Below are positions 23,536 to 37,613 of a stretch of 64,000 nucleotides of DNA, one piece after another (within the stretch, counting starts at the first letter, position 1; every line of letters begins with the position of its first letter). A model generated the notes under the pieces. That model worked only from the letters and a program-made list of their open reading frames with translations. It searched no databases and was not told the origin of the DNA. The stretch is from Eledone cirrhosa (lineage: Eukaryota). Position numbers and translations under genes: made by a program. The stretch is from contig OZ024741.1 of NCBI GenBank assembly GCA_964016885.1, positions 23,560,001-23,624,000 on the forward strand. The letters run 5' to 3'.

Positions 23536-26500
23536 CGGCGGATAGTGCGCTCTGCGAAACAACATCTAACCGCCACTTTTTCATTGAGGACCTGCTGTCA
23601 GGTAGAGCTTTTCTGGTTGACACAGGTGCAGCTTGTTCCGTATGGCCTGTGTGTTGTATGAAGGAGACTCCCCCTGAGACGCCTATTGAGTTGCAGGCAG
23701 TAAATTGTTCGTTGATTCGAACTTTCGGACAAATCTCGTTACCTTTGCAGTTTCGTAATCTGCGGCGCGAGTTTAAATGGATATTTACTGTCGCTGCCTT
23801 GCCGTATCCGATTCTAGGCGCGGATTTTCTCCACCATTTTTCATTGACGGTGGACCTTCGTGGTAAACGCCTAATTGATGGCATCACGGGATTAACTGTT
23901 GTTGGCAAGGCAGCAGGAGTTCCAACGGTTAGCCCGACATTTTTTCTTGCTAACACCGGTGATCCTTTCCATGCGTTGTTGAACTCGTTCCCGCAACTGA
24001 CTCGGGGAAATTTTCGATTTGATGAACCAACTCATACCACGGAGCACTTCATATCTACAACTGGTGCTCCCGTTTTCTCTCGTCCTCGTCGCTTGCCTCC
24101 GGACAAACTCAAAGCAGCACGATCAGAATTTGATCATATGCTGCAAATGGGGATTATTCGTCCGTCCACGAGCCCGTGGGCGTCCCCATTGCACATGGTA
24201 CCGAAAGCGAATGGCGATTGGAGACCAACTGGAGATTATCGACGCCTGAATTCGATAACGGTACCGGACCGTTATCCTATCCCTCATCTGCAAGACTTTG
24301 CGTCTTCGTTGCAGGGATGCAAGATATTCTCCAAACTGGATTTAATTCGTGCGTACCATCAAATTCCTGTCCATAAAAATGACATTCCAAAAACGGCTAT
24401 AGTTACGCCATTTGGGTCTTTCGAGTTTTTGACTATGCCGTTCGGATTAAGGAATGCCGCTAGTACTTTTCAGCGGTTTATGGATGAGGTTACTCGCGGC
24501 CTCGATTTCGTCTATACCTATATTGACGACCTGCTCATTGCTAGTTCTTCTCCAGAGCAGCATACGCACCATTTGAATCTTCTTTTCCGCCGATTGAAGG
24601 CGTATAACGTGCAGCTTAATGCATCCAAATGTGTTTTTGGTGCTGAGTCACTGACTTTCTTGGGTCACGTCATCGATGCTGACGGTATTCGACCCCGGCC
24701 TGAGCGAGTTAAGGTCATAGAACATTTGCCTCCACCGACCTCACTACGTCAGTTACGCCAGTTCTTAGGTCTGGTTAACTTTTATAGGTGTTTCGTGCCA
24801 AATTGTGCAAAATTGCTTTTCTCCCTGACAGAAATTTTGAAAAATTGTCGGAGGAAGAACAAAGATATTTCTTTGACAGACACTCAACTTGCTGATTTTC
24901 AGCACGCCAAAACTGTTTTGGCTAATGCTTCGTTACTGACTCACCCGGTACCCGGTGCAAAGCTAACGCTTTGTGTTGATGCATCGGATATCGCTGTGGG
25001 TGCAGTACTACAGCAAAACATCAATGGTTACCAGCAACCGCTGGAGTTTTTTTCCCAAAAGCTAAATCCTGCTGAGACGCGCTACAGCACCTTTGGAAGA
25101 GAGCTTTTAGCCATCTATTTGGCCGTGAAACATTTTTCACATGTGCTAGAGGGTAGACAATTTACTATCCTCACTGACCATAAACCATTGACTTTTGCTT
25201 TGAGAGCGAAGGCTGATAAATACTCGCCCAAAAAGACGAGACACCTTGATTTCATCTCGCAATATACGAGTGATATCCAGCACATTCCAGGTTCACTAAA
25301 TACAGCGGCCGATGCTTTGTCCCGCTTACCCATGACAGCGATCTCGTCATCCTCTGACATAGATCTGACTCGTTTGGCTGCGGATCAGCCTCCCCTTGAG
25401 TCATTGGATGTCACATCGCCCGAGTTTGCGAATTGCGAGATGAAATATTTGCCTCTGTCGACTGCAGTTGGCCAAATTCTCTGCGACGTCTCTTTGGACG
25501 TGCCTAGGCCCTTCGTTCCAGAGAATCATCGTCGGACCGTGTTTCTGGGATTACATTGTATCTCGCATCCAGGATCTTCTGCCACAGCAAAGCTCATATC
25601 AGCTAGATTTTTCTGGCCAAATATGAGGCGTGAAATTGCTGCTTGGTGCCGTTCCTGCGTCGCTTGCCAGAGATCAAAGGTCCATCGACACGTCAAGGCG
25701 CCCCTGGGTACCTTTGCTAACCCAGATGCGCGTTTTTCACATATTCATATTGACATAGTGGGACCTTGGCCTGTCAGCGATGGTTTTTCTTATCTACTTA
25801 CCGTCATTGACCGTTTTTCGAGATGGCCTGAGGCCATCCCCTTGAAAAACATCACCGCGGAGACAACAGCACGTGCTCTTGTGTCTGGATGGATCTCTCG
25901 TTATGGAGTTCCATCCACAATAACTACCGACCGTGGACGACAGTTCAAGTCGAGCCTTTTCCTCGAGCTGTCAAAATTAATTGGTGCTAAACGCATTAGA
26001 ACTACGGCATACCATCCCACTTCGAATTGTATGGTGGAGCGTTTTCACCGCCAACTGAAGGCCTCCTTAATGGCCTCAATGGACTCGGTGCATTGGAGCG
26101 AGTACCTCCCTATTGTGCTACTAGGGATTCTGTCAACGGTGAAGGTCGACTTTGGATTTTCACCGGCCGAAGTACTGTACGGTGCCCCTCTGACGTTGCC
26201 CGGGCAAATCCCTATCGATCTTGATGCCCAAGATCACGCTTCCTACGTGTCCCGTTTGCGCTCCTATTTCCAGGATTTGCCGCCAATGGACACTAGGAAA
26301 CAAACTGTCAAGACTGCTGTCCCGAGGGATATTGCCTCGTGGACGCATGTCTTTGTAAGGAATGATACGGTGAAGCCCCCGCTCACACAGCCTTACACTG
26401 GACCTTACCGTGTCTTAGCGCGCTCGGCTAAGCATTTCACGTTAGATATTAAGGGGTCCAGGGAGACAGTTACATTAGACAGGCTTAAGCAGGCGCACCT

Positions 26501-26687
26501 TGACACGGACGCTGTGGTTCCTGATCCACGAACCCCTTCGTATTTGCCTGTTGAGCGAACGACTGTTCCTGAACCACCATCATCGCCTGTCCCTACACCA
26601 CCACCATCGCCACGTTACAAGACCACGACCCGTTCAGGTCGTAGGGTCCACTGGCCCAAAAAATTTTGCAGCACCGTCTATATTTAG
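23499..26687 (+). CDS. pol: Pol polyprotein: protease, RT, RNase H, integrase with GPY/F
   Basis: LVDTGA, MPFGL, YIDD, DAS/ELLA/TDH/ADALSR, H..SHPG..CVAC, HIDIVGP/TDRG/ERFH, PYTGPY; uninterrupted. Probably expressed by frameshift rather than from the listed start. Confidence 0.97.
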   Translation: MCLRGKRRPESLTADSALCETTSNRHFFIEDLLSGRAFLVDTGAACSVWPVCCMKETPPETPIELQAVNCSLIRTFGQISLPLQFRNLRREFKWIFTVAALPYPILGADFLHHFSLTVDLRGKRLIDGITGLTVVGKAAGVPTVSPTFFLANTGDPFHALLNSFPQLTRGNFRFDEPTHTTEHFISTTGAPVFSRPRRLPPDKLKAARSEFDHMLQMGIIRPSTSPWASPLHMVPKANGDWRPTGDYRRLNSITVPDRYPIPHLQDFASSLQGCKIFSKLDLIRAYHQIPVHKNDIPKTAIVTPFGSFEFLTMPFGLRNAASTFQRFMDEVTRGLDFVYTYIDDLLIASSSPEQHTHHLNLLFRRLKAYNVQLNASKCVFGAESLTFLGHVIDADGIRPRPERVKVIEHLPPPTSLRQLRQFLGLVNFYRCFVPNCAKLLFSLTEILKNCRRKNKDISLTDTQLADFQHAKTVLANASLLTHPVPGAKLTLCVDASDIAVGAVLQQNINGYQQPLEFFSQKLNPAETRYSTFGRELLAIYLAVKHFSHVLEGRQFTILTDHKPLTFALRAKADKYSPKKTRHLDFISQYTSDIQHIPGSLNTAADALSRLPMTAISSSSDIDLTRLAADQPPLESLDVTSPEFANCEMKYLPLSTAVGQILCDVSLDVPRPFVPENHRRTVFLGLHCISHPGSSATAKLISARFFWPNMRREIAAWCRSCVACQRSKVHRHVKAPLGTFANPDARFSHIHIDIVGPWPVSDGFSYLLTVIDRFSRWPEAIPLKNITAETTARALVSGWISRYGVPSTITTDRGRQFKSSLFLELSKLIGAKRIRTTAYHPTSNCMVERFHRQLKASLMASMDSVHWSEYLPIVLLGILSTVKVDFGFSPAEVLYGAPLTLPGQIPIDLDAQDHASYVSRLRSYFQDLPPMDTRKQTVKTAVPRDIASWTHVFVRNDTVKPPLTQPYTGPYRVLARSAKHFTLDIKGSRETVTLDRLKQAHLDTDAVVPDPRTPSYLPVERTTVPEPPSSPVPTPPPSPRYKTTTRSGRRVHWPKKFCSTVYI
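23511..23517 (+). promoter_or_regulatory. Putative -1 ribosomal frameshift heptamer G GGA AAA
   Basis: X XXY YYZ in the gag phase, within the gag/pol overlap; pol is in the -1 frame. Confidence 0.75.
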
Positions 26688-26914
26688 ACTATGTTAGCTG
26701 CACCTTTTTTTTGCCTCTGTGTTTCTGTTTTTTCTTTGCCTTGTTTTTTTTATGCATGCATGTCGTTTTTTTTTTTAACATTTTTCAAATCCTTATTCTG
26801 GATTCAATTTTTGCTAGAGCGGATAGCTCCCCCTTGTTGCATTGTTCGCCATCTTACTCCAGATGTGAGTAATGACATCGATTTTCAATAATTTGAAAAT
26901 CTGGCTTGAGGTAC

Positions 26915-27149
26915 TGTAGTAAGACGCCTCACGCTCCTTGATAGAACAACGCCGGTTGAGAACGCCAGAAAGAAAAGACAGACAGCCACTGGAAAGCCGA
27001 CTGATCATACGCCAGATACCAGCCTCTGTACAACACCATTGTTTGTGCTACATCAAAAAATAAACGTATATTTCATCTCTAATTTCTGCTGTTGAAATAA
27101 TTATTATGTCACTCGTATCTCGATAACATCTACAACTAATACTGCTAAA
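26915..27149 (+). repeat. 3' LTR
   Basis: Direct repeat of 21657-21891. Confidence 0.97.
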
Positions 27150-30100
27150 CACTATACAGTACACAATACACTATACAGTACACTATACACTATACAGTAT
27201 ACTATACACTATACAGTACACTATACACTATACAGTACACTATACACTATACAGTACACTATACACTATACAGTACACTATACACTATACAGTACACTAT
27301 ACACTATACACTATACAGTACACTATACACTATACAGTAAACTATACACTATACACTATACAGTACACTATACACTATACAGTACACTATACACTATACA
27401 GTACACTATACACTATACAGTACACTATACACAATACACTATACAGTACACTATACACTATAGAGTACACTATACACTATACAGTACACTATACACAATA
27501 CACTATACAGTACACAATACACTATACAGTACACTATACACTATACAGTACACTATACACTATACAGTACACTATACACTATACACTATACAGTACACTA
27601 TACACTATACAGTACACTATACACTATACAGTACACAATACACTATACAGTACACTATACACTATACTATACACTATACAGTACACTATATACTATACGG
27701 TAAACTATACACTATACAGTACACTATACACAATACACTATACAGTACACTATACACTATACAGTACACAATACACTATACAGTAAACTATACACTATAC
27801 AGTACACTATACACTATACAGTACACTATACACTATACAGTACACAATACACTATACAGTACACTATACACAATACACTACACTATACACTATACAGTAC
27901 ACTATACACTATACAGTACACTATACACTATACAGTACACTATACACTATACAGTACACACTATACACTATACAGTACACAATACACTATACAGTACACA
28001 ATACACTATACAGTACACAATACACTATACAGTACACTATACACTATACAGTACATTATACACTATACAGTACACTATACACTATACAGTACACTATACA
28101 CTATACAGTACACTATACACTATACACTATACAGTACACAATACACTATACAGTACACAATACAGTACACAATACACTATACAGTACACTATACACTATA
28201 CAGTACACAATACACTATACAGTACAGAATACACTATACAGTACACAATACACTATACAGTACACAATACACTATACAGTACACTATACACTATACAGTA
28301 AACTATACACTATACAGTACACAATACACTATACAGAACACAATACACTATACAGTATACACTATACAGTACACTATACACTATACAGAACACAATACAC
28401 TATACAGTACACTATACACTATACAGTACACTATACACTATACAGTACACAATACAGTATACAGTACACAATACACTATACAGTACACAATACACTATAC
28501 AGTACACTATACACTATACAGTACACTATACACTATACAGTAAACTATACACTAAAAAGTACACTATACACAATACACTATACAGTACACTATACACTAT
28601 ACAGTACACTATACACTATACAGTACACTATACACTATACAGTACACTATACACTATAAGTACACTATACACTATACAGTACACAATATGCTATACAGTA
28701 CACTATACACTATACACAATACACTATACAGTACACTATACAGCACACAATACACTATACAGTACACTATACACTATACAGTACACAATATGCTATACAG
28801 TACACTATACACTATACACAATACACTATACAGTACACTATACAGCACACAATACACTATACAGTACACTATACACTATACAGTAAACTATACACTATAC
28901 AGTACACTATACACAATACACTATACAGTACACTATACAGTACACTATACACTATACAGTACACAATACACTATACAGTACACAATACACTATACAGTAC
29001 ACAATACACTATACAGTAAACTATACACTATACAGTACACTATACACAATACACTATACACTATACAGTACACAATACACTATACAGTACACAATACACT
29101 ATACACTATACAGTACACTATACAGTACACAATACACTATACAGTACACAATACACTATACAGTACACAATACACTATACAGTACACACTATACACTATA
29201 CAGTACACTATACACTATACAGTACACAATACACTATACAGTACACAATACACTATACAGTACACAATACACTATACAGTACACAATACACTATACAGTA
29301 CACTATACACTATACAGTAAACTATACACTATACACTATACACAATACACTATACAGTACACTATACACTATACAGTACACTATACACTATACAGTACAC
29401 TATACACTATACAGTACACAATACACTATACAGTACACAACACACTATACAGTACACTATACACTATACAGTAAACTATACACTATACAGTACACTATAC
29501 AGTACACTATACACTATACAGTACACTATACACTATACAGTACACAATACACTATACAGTACACTATATACAATACAGTACACTATACACTATACAGTAC
29601 ACAATACACTATACAGTACACAATACACTATACAGTACACTATACACTATACAGTACACAATACACTATACAGTACACTATATACAATACAGTACACTAT
29701 ACACTATACAGTACACTATACACTATACAGTACACAATACACTATACAGTACACTATACACTATACAGTACACAATATGCTATACAGTACACTATACACT
29801 ATACAGCACACAATACACTATACAGTACACTATACACTATACAGTACACTATACACTATACAGTAAACTATACACTATACACAATACACTATACAGTACA
29901 CTATACAGTAAACTATACACTATACAGTACACTATACACAATACACTATACAGTACACTATACACTATACAGTACACAATACACTATACAGTACACAATA
30001 CACTATACAGTACACAATACACTATACAGTACACAATACACTATACAGTACACTATACAGTACACAATACACTATACAGTACACAATACACTATACAGTA

Positions 30101-32752
30101 CACAATACACTATACAGTACACTATACACAATACAGTACACTATACAGTACACAATACACTATACAGTACACAATACACTATACAGTACACAATACACTA
30201 TACAGTACACAATACACTATACAGTACACAATACACTATACAGTACACAATACACTATACAGTACACTATACACTATACAGTACACAATACACTATACAG
30301 TACACAATACACTATACAGTACACAATACACTATACAGTACACAATACACTATACAGTACACAATACACTATACAGTACACAATACACTATACAGTACAC
30401 TATACAGTACACAATACACTATACAGTACACTATACACTATACAGTACACAATACACTATACAGTACACAATACACTATACAGTACACAATACACTATAC
30501 AGTACACAATACACTATACAGTACACAATACACTATACAGTACACAATACACTATACAGTACACAATACACTATACAGTACACAATACACTATACAGTAC
30601 ACACTATACACTATACAGTACACAATACAGTATACAGTACACAATACACTATACAGTACACAATACACTATACAGTACACTATACACTATACAGTACACT
30701 ATACACTATACAGTACACTATACACAATACACTATACAGTACACACTATACACTATACAGTACACAATACAGTATACAGTACACAATACACTATACAGTA
30801 CACTATACACTATACAGTACACTATACACTATACAGTACACTATACACTATAAGTACACTATACACTATACAGTACACAATACACTATACAGTACACTAT
30901 ACACTATACAGTACACAATATGCTATACAGTACACTATACACTATACAGTACACTATACACTATACACAATACACTATACAGCACACAATACACTATACA
31001 GTACACTATACAGTACACTATACACTATACAGTAAACTATACACTATACAGTACACTATACACTATACACAATACACTATACAGTACACAATACACTATA
31101 CAGTACACAATACACTATACAGTAAACTATACACTATACAGTAAACTATACACTATACAGTACACTATACACAATACACTATACAGTACACAATACACTA
31201 TACACTATACAGTACACAATACACTATACAGTACACAATACACTATACACTATACAGTACACTATACACAATACACTAGACAGTACACAATACACTATAC
31301 AGTACACTATACACTATACAGTACACAATACACTATACAGTACACAATACACTATACAGTACACAATACACTATACAGTACACAATACACTATACAGTAC
31401 ACAATACACTATACAGTACACACTATACACTATACAGTACACTATACACTATACAGTACACAATACACTATACAGTACACAATACACTATACAGTACACA
31501 ATACACTATACAGTACACAATACACTATACAGTACACTATACACTATACAGTACACTATACACTATACAGTACACTATACACTATACAGTACACTATACA
31601 CTATACAGTACACAATACACTATACAGTACACAACACACTATACAGTACACTATACACTATACAGTAAACTATACACTATACAGTACACTATACACAATA
31701 CACTATACAGTACACTATACACTATACAGTACACTATACACTATACAGTACACAATACACTATACAGTACACTATATACAATACAGTACACTATACACTA
31801 TACAGTACACAATACACTATACAGTACACAATACACTATACAGTACACTATATACAATACAGTACACTATACACTATACAGTACACAATACACTATACAG
31901 TACACAATACACTATACAGTACACTATACACTATACAGTACACAATACACTATACAGTACACTATATACAATACAGTACACTATACACTATACAGTACAC
32001 AATACACTATACAGTACACTATACACTATACAGTACACAATACACTATACAGGACACTATACACGAGACAGTACACAGTACACTACACAATACACTATAC
32101 AATACACAATACACTATACAGTACACTATACACTATACTGTACACACTAAACAATACACTATACACTATACAGTACACAATACACTATACTGTACACAAT
32201 ACACTATACACTATACAGTACACAATACACTATACACTATACAGTAAACTATACACTACACACTATACAGTACACTACACTATACAGTACACTATACACT
32301 ATACAGTACACTATACACTATAGAGTACACAATACACTATACAGTACACTATACACTACATCATACACTCAACAGTACACTATACACTCTACAGTACACC
32401 ATACACTACACTATACCATACACTATACACTATACAGTACACTATACACTATACAGTACACTATACACTATACTGTAGACTATACAATGCACTATACACA
32501 ATATACTATACAGTGCACCATACACTATACAGTACACCATACACTACACAGTACACCATACACTATACAGTACACTATACACTTTACAATATATGTACAC
32601 TATACAATACACCATACACTATACAGTACACTAAACACTATACAGTAGACTATACACTATACACTATACAGTACACTATACTGTACACCATACACTATAC
32701 AGTGCACCTCACACTATACACCATACACTACACTATACAGTACACTAAACAC
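27150..32752. repeat. Satellite 1 right arm
   Basis: Same subunits as the left arm; more degenerate after about 32040. Confidence 0.99.
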
Positions 32753-33145
32753 TGTAGCAAGAGTTGCCTCCCTTGTCATGACAATCTCATCACCGCTCTC
32801 TAGACAGGAAGCAGCTGGAGTTGCTTCCCTTTGGGATTGACAGACTCCCTGTTGGTCACTTCCGGTCACCTCCTATTAAAGGAACAGGTCACCACGATAT
32901 CTCTCTCTTGCCTCCTGATTTCCGAAGTCGTAACACCTGCGACCTTAGCTTGAGATGATTCATATTTTATAATCCTTCGCTACCAAGAACAATGCAATTT
33001 GCAGCCTGAGAGCCTAAGATGTTAATACCAGCTAGAAAAGATCTCTTCTTTTCTTTACCAACTTCAGCCTGGAGTTGTGACCATCGGGTAACGAATCCTT
33101 AATATTTAATACCTTTGACTTCTATGAAGTAAAAACATTATTACA
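32753..33145. mobile_element. Probable solo LTR (393 bp) of a different family
   Basis: Termini TGTAGCAA...TTATTACA (imperfect inverted repeat, TG..CA), ACAC on both sides (32749-32752, 33146-33149), TATA-like tattaaa near 32874. Confidence 0.7.
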
Positions 33146-33209
33146 ACACACACTGGTATTTACTGTCTTTTATAATAATTTTATATGTACACCGATACTA
33201 ATCTCCTAA

Positions 33210-33588
33210 AACACTATACAGTACACTATACAGTATACTATACACTATACAGTAGACTATATACTATACAGTACACCATACACTATACACTATACAGTAC
33301 ACTATACAGTACACTATACACCATACACCTTACACTATACAGTATACTATACAATATACAGTACATATACACTATACAGTACACTATACACTATACAGTA
33401 CACCATACACTATACATTACACCATACACTATACACTATACAGTCCACCATATACAGTACGCTATACAGTACACCATACACTATACACTATATGTACACT
33501 ATACACCATACAGTGCACCATACACTATACAGTATACTAAACACTATACAGTACACCATACACTATACAGTACACTACACTATACAGT
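33210..33588. repeat. Degenerate distal end of satellite 1
   Basis: Same TACAC/TACAG subunits with many substitutions. Confidence 0.92.
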
Positions 33589-33694
33589 TATCTTTTATAC
33601 ATAAAACTGGTTCACTTCCTGGAGGTCTTTCTGTCACTTTTTTCCATCCTATTTTGCTTGAATAAATATATTTAAATTTATCTTGAAGAATTGT

Positions 33695-33870
33695 TACACT
33701 CACACACACTTGTACACATGCACACACTCACACACACACACACACACACTCACTCACTCACTCATGCACTCACACACACTTTTACATACTCACCCTCACA
33801 CACTTTCACATACACACATACTCAAATGCACACTCACTCACACACACACACTCAAACACATGCACATATA
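33695..33870. repeat. (CA)n/(CACT)n microsatellite
   Basis: Directly visible. Confidence 0.85.
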
Positions 33871-33957
33871 TATAGCAAATAGATAAACTCCAGTGATGAG
33901 TTCTGGTATCTAAGAAGAAGCAATAGCAAAAGACCAAACCAAATGACTTCAAAATAC

Positions 33958-34037
33958 CTTTTATAAGCAGCGAGTTCATTGGTCAGAGACTTCATTCGTA
34001 TTCTAAGTTGTCGTTCAGATGATCTTAGCTGCCTGAC
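33958..34037 (-). CDS. CCDC61: CCDC61-like internal exon (2nd seen), VRQLRSSERQLRIRMKSLTNELAAYK(R)
   Basis: Acceptor ccttttctttctgtttag, donor gtattt. 80 nt, phase 0 in and phase 2 out. Aligns with recalled CCDC61 LEEAKASERSLRARLKTLTSELALYKR. Confidence 0.93.
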
Positions 34038-34124
34038 CTAAACAGAAAGAAAAGGTACAAAGATGTGCTCACTCACTCTCTCTCAATAATATTCATAGCA
34101 ATTGGTCGATATATAAAGTTATCA

Positions 34125-34392
34125 TCGTCACCATCATTTAACGACCGCTTTCCTTTCTAGCAAGTGTTGGACAAGTCTACATAGAGCAAGTCAGTACTGA
34201 AGTGGGGCTACTGACCTCCCAGACAGCCCAAGGGGTCTGTATCCCATTTACATACAATCATATAAAGTCCAGACGAGAAGTTGTATCTTTTGACACAAAC
34301 TAAACATTCCTACTAACCCTTTGTATGGCAAGCTTTCTACAACTCGATGCCCTTCCTAACACCAACCACTTTACAGTGTATACTGGGTGGTT
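34125..34392 (-). mobile_element. Decayed SINE/RTE-type tail
   Basis: gatgcccttcctaacaccaaccactttacagtgtatactgggtg and catcatttaacg are the reverse of the tail seen elsewhere in the window. Confidence 0.6.
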
Positions 34393-35019
34393 TAAAAAGC
34401 AAAGGAAAATTTGATGAAGGAAACAATACTTCCATTGGTGTTTTCATCGCTGATACAATCAGCCAGTTATAACCCCTGGTAGCAGGAGGCAGAATTAGAA
34501 CTCAGAATATATAGACCAAGATCAAATATCTCAACCAATTCTTTATCAATTCTGCTCATCAACACCTCTTGGACAGCTATTTTATTTATTAAACCTAAAA
34601 GGATGGAAGTGGATGAAGACAGCCAGAACAAATACCAAAGAATTTAATCCAATGCTCCAACAAATTTTCTAATTCACTGCCTGCATATAATATTCTTCTT
34701 TCTTTCTACCTTTCACTCCAGGGGAAGTTGTAGGGACACCATATTGACATATGGTATTTTTAGGGCAAGGAGGAACACCTCTGGTGTTAGTGGAATAATA
34801 AAATACACCCAGCTCATGCTATACTAGCTGAGAAAATTATGCTAAGATAATAATATGCAGGCACAAATGGTCCCGTAACTCCTGAGAGAGTTGTAGGGGT
34901 ACCGTATTGACATAGTGTTTCTAGGGCAGGTTTAAACCTGGCACAGCCCATCTCCTCTCCAGGTCTTGATACAGCAGATGTCTTCCAGAGAAGGATGAGA
35001 AAGAGATGTAGAGGAAGAA

Positions 35020-35172
35020 TTGACCTCAGTACTAGACTGGTACTTTTTTTATTAACCTTAAATGGATGAAAGGCAAAGTTGACCAGGATTTGAACTCAGG
35101 GAGCAGAGAGTTGGAACAAATACTGCAAAGCATTCTATCTGACATTCTAACAGCTCTGCCAATTCGCCACCT
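35020..35172 (-). mobile_element. tRNA-derived SINE, same family as 2415-2594
   Basis: ctggtacttt..ggatgaaaggcaaagttgacc..ggatttgaactcag..tctgccaattcgccacct. Confidence 0.7.
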
Positions 35173-35631
35173 TGTATATAATATATAAAACTGAATAGTT
35201 TGATTTCCATCAACCCTTTTAACAATAGCAGTTAAAATTTAAAAGTCACAACACCAAGAGGAGGAAGAATCTAAAGGAGAGGGAAAAAAGACATTTATTA
35301 TAATTTAAAATTTATGCTAAATTTTTAAGTTGTATCTCTTAGAATATTTGCAGAGTAGTTCTTCAGTAGTGCTGACTGGTTGTCTATTCTTACCAGCATG
35401 AAATGTGGATGTTAAATCAGGATGATGATCATATATGTGTGCAAAAGAGTTCTATGATACAAATCTACTTATAGTTTATCTAAAAACCTTCCATCATAAT
35501 TCTTTGTAAGAACCTAATTTAAGTTATATTTAATAACAACCAGGTTAGTTAATGTTAGTCCAAATCCCTCCAGACTTGATTATTTTCAAAATTATTTAAA
35601 AGTCAAAGGCAGTATATAGGGCTAAAGTCAT

Positions 35632-35767
35632 AGGCTGTCTTTCATTATATATAGAGTAATGAAAGGGTTAAAGACACAGGCTGTATCTTTCATTATATAA
35701 AGAATAATGAAAGGGTTAAAGACACAGGCTGTATCTTTCATTATATATAGCGTAATAAAAGGGTCAA
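35632..35767. repeat. 46-48-bp tandem repeat, 3 copies, each with a hairpin
   Basis: aggctgt(at)ctttcatta-N9-taatgaaagggttaaagacac. Confidence 0.9.
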
Positions 35768-35997
35768 TTATATTTACAGCTTTTGGAAAAAGAAAAATAT
35801 ATAACAAAACATAAAAACTAAAAGTGAAAACAATTATATAAACATGAACAACACAATAATTATATCATCATTTCATTTTACGTCTGCTTTTCCCTGGATT
35901 TTCCATATGTATATAGGTTATATAATTTCTGCTATCATTATGTGGCTATGTAGTATGAAATAGGTTATATAAATAACAGAAATATTCTAAATACTTA

Positions 35998-36954
35998 CTC
36001 TTTAACTCTTTTACCTGTTCCAGCTATCCGGCTGAGGCCATGCTGGGGCACCGTGTATGTTGCTACACATTCTATCTCCAGCCTGTGTTGGCTGGCCATT
36101 GGTGTAAGAGGAAGTCCGTTGCTGCTGCCCTTAGGTTACCTTCGTACTGTGCTCATCCGGGATCCTGGATGCAGAGTGTCAAGATGTTTCTTGAAAACAT
36201 CCACGGCCACACCATACAGATCCCTCAAATTTCTTGGAAGCTTGTTGAAGAGTTGAGGACCTTTGAACCCCAGGCTATTGCAATATCTGCTCCTTATTCT
36301 AGATGTGAAAGACGGGACTTTGGCACCACACAGTGACGTCCTGTTTGGGGGTTGGTCCAGCTCTCAATGCCAAAGTTTGGTGCTAGTCCCTCCAGGATTT
36401 TCCATATGTATATCACTGCATATCTCTCCAGTCTTTGGTCCAAGGAGTAGAGTTTCAGTTCTTTTAGCCTCTTCCAGTAGCTTGTCTCCTTCATCGTGGC
36501 AATCCTCTTGGTGTAGCTTTGTTGGATTGTCTCAAGTTTCGTGGTTAATTTGATACTATGGGGTGGCCACTGCTGGGAGCAGTAGTTCAGGCAGCTTAGG
36601 ACAAATGTCCTCCATAGTTTCAACATGGTCTCTCGGTATCTTGTCCGCAAAGTCCTCAATATCCAGCGAGTGTCTCCACATTGTCGCCACCCTCATGATG
36701 TGTGAAGAAAAAAATGCATCATCACTCATGTCTCTTCCGAGGTCTCGTATCGATTTCAACATGAGGATTTCGATCCCTTCTGGTCCGGTGTTGTACTGTC
36801 TTTGTGTTAGCAGGTTGGTATTGTAGGGCTTGAAATTTTCCAGCATTAAACTGCATGTTGTCCTCAGCCCATTTCTATATGGCATTCAGATCTTGTTGTA
36901 AAAGGGCAGCATCAGCCGGGTTTTTGATTGCCTGTGCTACCTTTGTGTCATCAG
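35998..36954 (-). mobile_element. 5'-truncated CR1-type LINE (RT C-terminal part and 3' tail)
   Basis: DDTKV..LQQDLNAI.KW..NMQFN..K, then FVLSCLNYCSQQWPP..LETIQ..SYWKRLKELKLYSL..R.ER; frameshifted; tail taaaagagttaaagag. Confidence 0.85.
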
Positions 36955-37613
36955 GATTCAAATAAATAGATAAACATTATGATTTTAACGAATATTACTG
37001 TGAGTTTTAATTATTAGGTATCAAGTACTAGAGCGTGTTTGTTTACAATATATGTTTAACAGATGCTAAATAAATTTAAATTATATATCGGATAACATAT
37101 ATATATTGTATATTTAATAATAATAATAAATAAAAACGAAAAACAATAGACATATTCAGTGATTTCCTCCTGTTGTGCTCCTATAAGGGTTTTTTGGGGA
37201 AGGGGTAGGTTGTCTCTGTTTATGTGAGTGTATTCTGTCTGGTGTGTGTTTATGTGTTTATATTCTATCTTTGGTAACTAGTGTGTGGATGTTGTTATTT
37301 CATATCAAAAACCTTACAAAACAAATAAATTATCTAATTTATTTATTCTACATAACAAGAGATTGGGAAGAGCATTCCAGCAACAAAACCTTAATTCTAG
37401 TTACACTTACTGGATCTTCAGCTAAAATAGCTTTGACATTTTGGTCTCACAATACATTAACAGGGGCTACATACTCCTAGTTTTGAAAATAATCAAGGAT
37501 TTGGAGGGATTTAGTAAAATAAATAACTTTCTCATTATTTATCTGGTGTTTGAAATATAACTTAAAGAATTTTACATAAAATTGTGACGGAAGCTTTTTA
37601 GACAAAGTGGTAT

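Larger units (their letters stand above)
21657..27149 (+). mobile_element. Full-length Ty3/gypsy LTR retrotransposon, CsRn1-clade-like
   Basis: Two 235-bp LTRs, TSD CACT (21653-21656 and 27150-27153), tRNA-Trp PBS, CHCC gag, pol order PR-RT-RH-IN. Confidence 0.98.

Noticed and set aside
23360-23956. 198-aa antisense ORF over the gag/pol junction
   Set aside because: Shadow of the coding strand; no recognisable motif.
26666-26891. env-like third ORF in the gypsy element
   Set aside because: Short F/C-rich ORFs from a T-rich 3' UTR; too small and without env features.
15576-33604. Y/T/H-rich ORFs
   Set aside because: Translations of the 19-bp satellite.
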